Part shown: positions 58,553-64,000 of the stretch, one piece after another
Layout of the letters: each line of letters opens with the position of its first letter
How positions within the stretch are numbered: the stretch's first letter is position 1
Assembly: GCA_965248695.1 (NCBI GenBank)
Contig: CBDFKD010000002.1
Coordinates: forward strand, 2,336,001 to 2,400,000
Direction: 5' to 3'
Length of the DNA: 64,000 nucleotides
Source of the DNA: Acidobacteriota bacterium
GTDB lineage: Bacteria; Acidobacteriota; UBA890; WLXD01
The notes under the pieces: generated by a model
The model's database searches: none
Told to the model about the DNA's origin: nothing
The model's input: the letters and a program-made list of their open reading frames with translations, nothing else
Position numbers and translations under genes: made by a program

Positions 58553-60085
58553 TCATGCTGCACCGATATGTTCCGCCAATCTGACGGCAAGCGCCGATAC
58601 CGTCAGCGTCGGGTTCGCTGCGGCAATACTGGGGAACACAGCGTTCGAACACACATAGAGATTGTCCGTGCCGTGAACCTGTAGGTCAGGATTGACGATA
58701 CCGTCTCCGTCGGAGTTGCTCATGCGGCAGGTTGACGCTGCATGGGCTCCGTCGGGATTCATGACGTCGCCTTCGATACTGTCTTCCTTGCACCCTGCGG
58801 TTTTCAGGATCTCGACGAACGTCTGCACATGCTCCTGTCGAGTCTTGATATTGATTTCGTGAACAGCAACCTCGATCCCCGTCGTGGGAAGGCCGTGTCG
58901 CGTGGTACCGCTTCCCAGGCTTACTCGATTCTCCGGGCTGTCGAATTGCTCCATTTCACCGCCCAACGAGATCGTCATCTCAGAAACCGAGCTGGCATCC
59001 ATATCAGCCCGCGACACATTCGAGAGGATTTGCCTTTCCAGAGAAGAGCTCGCGCCGACACCCCCGGAAAACCACATTTTGCCTCTGTGCTGATATTCCG
59101 GTGAATCGAAGTGTCGGCTGACCAGAGAGGTAAAGCCGAGCTCCCCATCGAGTTTGTCGGAATTTCCTGGCCGTACACCTGATGCGCCCATCACCGGATG
59201 GCCGATCGAATGGCGGCCAACATGCCCTGAGTCGTTGCCAATACCGTCGGTCCAGTCCGTGTCGGCAGAGGCAAGCAGAAGCTTGGCGGATTCGATCGTG
59301 CCGCCGCAGACGATAACCACGTCGGCTTCCATCGAGCCAGCAGCGCCCGTCTCGAGGTCCAGAAAGCCGACGCCCCGGGCACGCTCCTTACCGTCCATCA
59401 GAATTGTCGTGACCGGCGACTCTGTCTTCAGCGTCAGCTTGTCGTCATATTCATCTTGCAGTTGTGCCAGGTCATAGAGGGCCGTATAACGCGCATTCAC
59501 AGGGCAATAGTTGCAGGTTCCTGTCGTGATGCATCGATCGCCGTTCCTGGCTAGCGACATATGCCCGTAGGAGATGTCGTGGCTCTCGAGGGCCTCGATG
59601 ATCAGCGCGTCACCGAGGGTGAATTCGGTTGGCGGGAATGGGTATTGGGCCCCATAGCGAGGTGGATCATCATTCTCTGAATCGCCCGTAATGCCCAGTA
59701 GAATCTCGGCTTCCGCATAGTAGGGCGCCAGATCGTCATAGTTGATCGGCCAGTCGACCCCGAAACCGGTGCGGGACTTGAGTTCGAAGTCTTCAGGCTT
59801 GAACCGTGGCGTCAGCCCGCCCCAGTGATTGGTCGTGCCGCCTTTCATGAAGAGCCTCGAGCCCCGTAGTCCGAAGTGTTCGTTCTCGGTTCTCGGATCG
59901 TCCACGAACTCTCGGTAGAGATCGACGTCGGCCATTACTTGATCAAGCCATACTCGATAGTCGCCGGGCTTGAAGTCAGGACCGGCCTCGAAAACGGTGA
60001 TCTGATAGTCGTTCCCGGTCTTGAAGAGCTGCCTGGCCAATGTCGCACCCGCCACGCCGGAGCCAACGATGATGATCGACTCCAA
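58553..60085 (-). CDS. GMC-family flavoprotein oxidoreductase (FAD sugar-dehydrogenase large-subunit type)
   Basis: IVGSGVAG, GGTTNHW, DWPINYDDLAPYY, Cys cluster CITTGTCNYCP, H...CRM and ANPTLT motifs; TTG start 1 nt after the upstream stop. Confidence 0.88.
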   Translation of the reverse strand: MESIIIVGSGVAGATLARQLFKTGNDYQITVFEAGPDFKPGDYRVWLDQVMADVDLYREFVDDPRTENEHFGLRGSRLFMKGGTTNHWGGLTPRFKPEDFELKSRTGFGVDWPINYDDLAPYYAEAEILLGITGDSENDDPPRYGAQYPFPPTEFTLGDALIIEALESHDISYGHMSLARNGDRCITTGTCNYCPVNARYTALYDLAQLQDEYDDKLTLKTESPVTTILMDGKERARGVGFLDLETGAAGSMEADVVIVCGGTIESAKLLLASADTDWTDGIGNDSGHVGRHSIGHPVMGASGVRPGNSDKLDGELGFTSLVSRHFDSPEYQHRGKMWFSGGVGASSSLERQILSNVSRADMDASSVSEMTISLGGEMEQFDSPENRVSLGSGTTRHGLPTTGIEVAVHEINIKTRQEHVQTFVEILKTAGCKEDSIEGDVMNPDGAHAASTCRMSNSDGDGIVNPDLQVHGTDNLYVCSNAVFPSIAAANPTLTVSALAVRLAEHIGAA

Positions 60086-60086
60086 G

Positions 60087-60677
60087 CTAGACGGCCCCTC
60101 TTCGGTAGCTCTCGGGTGCGGTGAACGAACCACCAAAATAGCCGCGGTAGTTCCATAGCCCGAAGCTCTTGAAGGCGCCCGAGATCGGAATCTGATGGGT
60201 GATCAGCTCGGTGAAGACGAAGTGCCGGGCGCGTCCGAGTTTCGTGGACGCGAAGTTCTCGACGTCGAATTCCGAGAACAGAAGAGATGACCACGCCTGC
60301 TCGACATCAGAGGTACTCGCTTCCACCAGGTTGAACAGTTCGACTGCATGCTCGTACTCCGTCAAATAGCTCGGCTCCTCCTCCGTCTTGAACTGGAGGT
60401 CCGCTCTCAGGCGGCCGAAATAGAGGGGCAGGTCGGCATCTAGCTCCCAGGCCCGGTTCACGTACCGACACAAACTCGTCAGAGCGTCGAACGCATCCTG
60501 GCTCAGGACGCCGGTTCGCGTCCCATCAACGGGCAAGTCGGAGTCGCTGATGAATTGGAGCAACCCGGCGGAGTCATCCTGCGTCACGGGGATGCAAGCG
60601 AACGGCATGGAGGCAAGCACCCCCGAGGAGAGGCCCAGCTTCAAGAGCTGTCTTCGATCGATGTACAGCTTGCTCAT
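60087..60677 (-). CDS. Tat-signal small subunit (gluconate-2-dehydrogenase subunit 3 / gamma-subunit-like)
   Basis: DRRQLLK leader; C-terminal FGLWNYRGYFGG; directly upstream of the GMC gene. Confidence 0.65.
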   Translation of the reverse strand: MSKLYIDRRQLLKLGLSSGVLASMPFACIPVTQDDSAGLLQFISDSDLPVDGTRTGVLSQDAFDALTSLCRYVNRAWELDADLPLYFGRLRADLQFKTEEEPSYLTEYEHAVELFNLVEASTSDVEQAWSSLLFSEFDVENFASTKLGRARHFVFTELITHQIPISGAFKSFGLWNYRGYFGGSFTAPESYRRGAV

Positions 60678-60823
60678 GTCGGTCCCTCCGCCGCGAGCAC
60701 GACCTTCAGCAACGACTGATAGGGCACATCGCGTCGGTTCGCCTCTAGCTTGAGCTCATCCAGCAGCCAGCTTGGCATGCGTAGCGTCACTCGAGCAGTG
60801 GACGGTCTCAGCCTCATCATGCG

Positions 60824-62569
60824 TCAGCGGATCACCGGCAGGATGACCACGGAAGGGTGATCGCCGTCGTGCAGGATCGTCTGCATCGCTACTCTGATGT
60901 CGGACTCGGTTTCCTCGGCCAGAGGTTTGCCGGAGTTGAGGTTCCTGTTGAAACGAGGGAAGTTGCTGCTGCTGATGTGCAGGCGGATGCGATGCCCCTG
61001 CTTGAAGACGTTGCTCGTTTCCCAGAGCCGGATCCTGATCTCGTAGGTTTCGCCGGGTGTCAGGAGCGTCGGATGCTCCAGGGAATCGCGGAATCGCGTT
61101 CGCATCCCGCCTTCGGTGATCAGAATTGCTCGCCCATCCGGATAGACATCCGAGACGGTGGCAAACACGTCGGTGTCCACGACATCGGTGGAGAGGAAGA
61201 GCCGTACCTCGGCCGCACCTGTAACCTCGATGTCCTCGGCGAGCGGCTCCGTGGTGTAGACCAACAGGTCCTGTCGCTGCTGGGTAACGCGCTGATCCAG
61301 TGGCCCGGCGGGCGTGAGCCCCGCGCCGCAGCAACCGTGACCGCCGTACGTCGGAACCGGGTGCCTCGGATCATAGACATACTGGTCCGGCGGCTCGTTG
61401 CCTGGCGGCGCGAGGTCGAGCTCTCCGTCTCCGAAACGCGTATTCGCTGCACCGTCGCTGCGTAGGAAGAGCTCCATGGGACGGGCTCGCGACAGGGGCC
61501 ACTCCTGCTCGTCACGCCAGACGTTGTCGCCCATGACGAAGATGCGGACCGGCGCCTCCGCGTCGAGCCCATTGGCGATCCCTTTGAGGTGATAGTCGAA
61601 CCAGCGCAGGTGGTAGGCGCGCATGTCGATCGCCATCGTGTCCCCGAAGTCGATATCCCCGTATTCCGGATCAGTCCGCACACCGTGCCCCCACGGCCCA
61701 ATCAGCAGCCGCTGCCACCGCCGCGCGTGCTCGGAGCGAGAGAGGTCGCGCATGCCAACGTAGTTGCGCAGGGTCTCCGCGGTCAGATCGTCGTACCAGC
61801 CGGTCACGTGGAGGGCGGGAACGTCCATCTGAGCGTACTGATGCCGTACGCTCATCTGCCTCCAGAACTCATCGTAGCGGTCATGACTCAGAGTGTCGGC
61901 CACGAACGATGAGTGGACGCCCACATGATCCATCGCCGAGGCCAGGGGCAGCTGCCTCATCACGCGCATCCAGTTCACCGCGGGCATGCTCTGGCCGGTC
62001 GCGATCGCCTCCTGCCGGGTGCCCCAACTCAACGCCGTGGCCAGGTGGTACAGGCCATCAGTGGACCAAATGCTCCCGAAGTTGTCGGATTGGGCGGCCA
62101 CCGGGACCAGGGCCTTGACGTGAGGGCTTCGATACGGCGCCGGGAGCAGCTGCGTAAACCCGGGATAGGACGTTCCGAACATCCCGATCCTGCCGCTGCA
62201 CCACGGTTGCTCTCCGATCCAGCTCTGGGTGTCGTAGCCGTCTCGACCTTCATCGACATACGGACGCCATTCGCCCCCCGAGGCATACAGTCCGCGGGAA
62301 TCCACGAGAACGACTGCGTAGCCGTGCTGCGCATAGAACGTCGCCTCACGCTCACCGCGCTGCTTGTCGTATGGCGTCCGACTCAGAAGCACCGGGAACA
62401 GTCCGTCTTCGGCTGGAAGGTAGATGTCCGCCGCCAGGTTCACGCCATCGCGCATCGGCACCGACACGTCGCGCTGTACATGAATCGCAAGTCGGCTCGG
62501 CTCGAGCGGCACCGCCGCCAGGCAGGTCGCTAGCATCGCGCACCGGGTGGCACGGACAACGGCGTTCAT
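60824..62569 (-). CDS. CocE/NonD family hydrolase
   Basis: MRDGVNLAADIY, RTPY, GTSYPG, GWYD, IGPWGH and SSNFPRF motifs. Confidence 0.93.
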   Translation of the reverse strand: MNAVVRATRCAMLATCLAAVPLEPSRLAIHVQRDVSVPMRDGVNLAADIYLPAEDGLFPVLLSRTPYDKQRGEREATFYAQHGYAVVLVDSRGLYASGGEWRPYVDEGRDGYDTQSWIGEQPWCSGRIGMFGTSYPGFTQLLPAPYRSPHVKALVPVAAQSDNFGSIWSTDGLYHLATALSWGTRQEAIATGQSMPAVNWMRVMRQLPLASAMDHVGVHSSFVADTLSHDRYDEFWRQMSVRHQYAQMDVPALHVTGWYDDLTAETLRNYVGMRDLSRSEHARRWQRLLIGPWGHGVRTDPEYGDIDFGDTMAIDMRAYHLRWFDYHLKGIANGLDAEAPVRIFVMGDNVWRDEQEWPLSRARPMELFLRSDGAANTRFGDGELDLAPPGNEPPDQYVYDPRHPVPTYGGHGCCGAGLTPAGPLDQRVTQQRQDLLVYTTEPLAEDIEVTGAAEVRLFLSTDVVDTDVFATVSDVYPDGRAILITEGGMRTRFRDSLEHPTLLTPGETYEIRIRLWETSNVFKQGHRIRLHISSSNFPRFNRNLNSGKPLAEETESDIRVAMQTILHDGDHPSVVILPVIR

Positions 62570-64000
62570 CGTTCAGCTCCATGCACGACGGAATCCGGAA
62601 AGAAGCGGGCGAGCGTCGCCGCGCTGCTCGCATGTGTGCCAAGGGAAACTGCCACCATCAACATCATGGACGCGATCACCCCGGGGTAGATCTCGTGAAA
62701 GCCGATGAGGCCGAGCCGCTTCAGCGAGAAACCCACGAGAGCGAAGGCCAGGCCGCCGACCATGCTCGCCAGCGCACCGGCTCGTGTCGCTCGCCGCCAG
62801 AACAGCCCGCAGAAGAGCGGCGCGAACAACGCCGATGCCATTCCGCCCCAGGCGATGGCGCCGATCAAGCTGATCAACGGTATCGAGCGCGTGGAGACAT
62901 AGAGGGCGACCAGAGTAACGGCCGCTCCGAAGGTCAGCGTCGCCAGGCGGCTCACGCGCAGCAAGCGCGCATCATCCGAGCGCTCGGCGACCGGCGCATA
63001 CACGTCGACGGCGAAGTACAGCCCCACGACATGCAGCAGCCCGTCGGTGGTGGAGTGCACCGAGGCTGTGATCGCGAGCAGGATCGGGATGCTGATCCAC
63101 CCACCGATGACATTCTTGAACAGATACGGCAGAGCGGCGTCACCCCGATGCTCGGGCGGGATGAGCATACCGGCCCCGACGCCGCAGATGATCACCGAAA
63201 GCAACAGCACCATGATCACGATGGCGCCAACCGCGACCTGTCTCCGCGCCACGCCGGCATCGCGGCTGGCGTAGAAGCGATGCAGATAGTAGGACTGCGT
63301 CGGGATCCCGAGTCCCCAGACGAGTGCCCAGCCGATGAGATCACCGGCGTTCTGAACGCTGCCTCCGAAGAAGCGCGACAGGGGCTCCGGCGGTGCGGTG
63401 ATCACCCGACCCCCCGTCGTCCACAGAACGACGGCGGCGCCCGCAACGACGCCTCCTCCGAGCAGAAGCGCCTGGACGAGGTCGGTTCGCACAACGGAAA
63501 CCAGACCGCCCAGGACCGTGTAGGTAACGAACACCATCCCGACCAGCAGCACGGCCGCTGGGACGGCGAGGCCAATCAACGTGTTCAGGGTGATCGCCAC
63601 GCCGAGCAGCTGCACGACCAAGGTGATGGAGTAGAGCGCGATGATCGTCAGCGCAGCGAGGGCGCCCAGCGCCGGCGACTCGTATCGAGTCCGTAGAAGC
63701 TCGGGCACCGTCGTGAGCCGCGACCGGTGCATACGCCGCGCGGCAACGACCAAGAGGATCCATCCCGTCGCGTAGCCGTAGCAGGTGAACGCTGCGGCGG
63801 CCCAGCCGTATCGCGACGCGTAACCGGAAACGCCGATGACGGTTACCGCCGACAGGAAGGTCGCGACAAACGCGCCTGTCGCCAGCACTGGCCCCATGGT
63901 CCGATCGGCGACCGCGTACGAAGCGAAGGAACCCTTCCGGTAGCCCCAGAGGCCGACCGCAAGGACGAAGGTGGAATAGACGATAAACGTGGCCAGCAAC
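62566..64000 (-). CDS. Sodium:solute symporter (SSS) family, probably 5'-truncated by the window edge
   Basis: Multi-pass membrane protein; ATFLSAVT, YTVLGGLVSVVRTDLVQ and STTDG motifs; ATGA coupling to the CocE gene. Confidence 0.88.
   Translation of the reverse strand, partial: LLATFIVYSTFVLAVGLWGYRKGSFASYAVADRTMGPVLATGAFVATFLSAVTVIGVSGYASRYGWAAAAFTCYGYATGWILLVVAARRMHRSRLTTVPELLRTRYESPALGALAALTIIALYSITLVVQLLGVAITLNTLIGLAVPAAVLLVGMVFVTYTVLGGLVSVVRTDLVQALLLGGGVVAGAAVVLWTTGGRVITAPPEPLSRFFGGSVQNAGDLIGWALVWGLGIPTQSYYLHRFYASRDAGVARRQVAVGAIVIMVLLLSVIICGVGAGMLIPPEHRGDAALPYLFKNVIGGWISIPILLAITASVHSTTDGLLHVVGLYFAVDVYAPVAERSDDARLLRVSRLATLTFGAAVTLVALYVSTRSIPLISLIGAIAWGGMASALFAPLFCGLFWRRATRAGALASMVGGLAFALVGFSLKRLGLIGFHEIYPGVIASMMLMVAVSLGTHASSAATLARFFPDSVVHGAER

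Noticed and set aside
62371-63696. Long antisense or alternate-frame ORFs (e.g. 62371-63696, 24189-25391, 33123-34253, 43076-44218)
   Set aside because: Low-complexity shadow ORFs of real genes, expected in high-GC DNA, with no family motifs.
1-64000. CRISPR array, rRNA, intact tRNA, transposase or integrase
   Set aside because: No regularly spaced repeats or recognisable motifs were found by inspection.

Overview
High-GC bacterial DNA, most consistent with a member of the Acidobacteriota (inferred from PadR plus duplicated orphan ABC permeases, a DUF1592/DUF1552/ankyrin cluster, and LVIVD and PQQ-like propellers; Gemmatimonadota is not excluded). The window has almost no core housekeeping genes. 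It is dense in exported (Sec, Tat, lipoprotein) hydrolases and oxidoreductases: an MsrPQ-like pair, an SBP56/methanethiol-oxidase-like gene with a ferredoxin, PQQ dehydrogenases with cytochromes c, a SpdH-like enzyme, three Rieske oxygenases, a GMC pair, a TonB receptor, and CocE with an SSS symporter. I saw no CRISPR array, rRNA, intact tRNA or transposase. Main observations: (1) two paralogous GbcA/Stc2-type Rieske oxygenases with Tat signal peptides, an extended Rieske loop and no adjacent reductase; (2) a bipartite motif, GTTGGATCT...CGRTASBCTKCAS (TTGGAT-17 nt-TAnnnT), ahead of five unrelated transcription units; (3) an sGDH-type propeller fused to an MxaG-like cytochrome cL domain; (4) a cupin with DMSP-lyase-like motifs and a Tat-lipoprotein DoeA/creatinase-like enzyme; (5) widespread gene decay, including a padR deletion scar and a half tRNA-Arg. 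All family calls come from visual motif recognition, not database searches.
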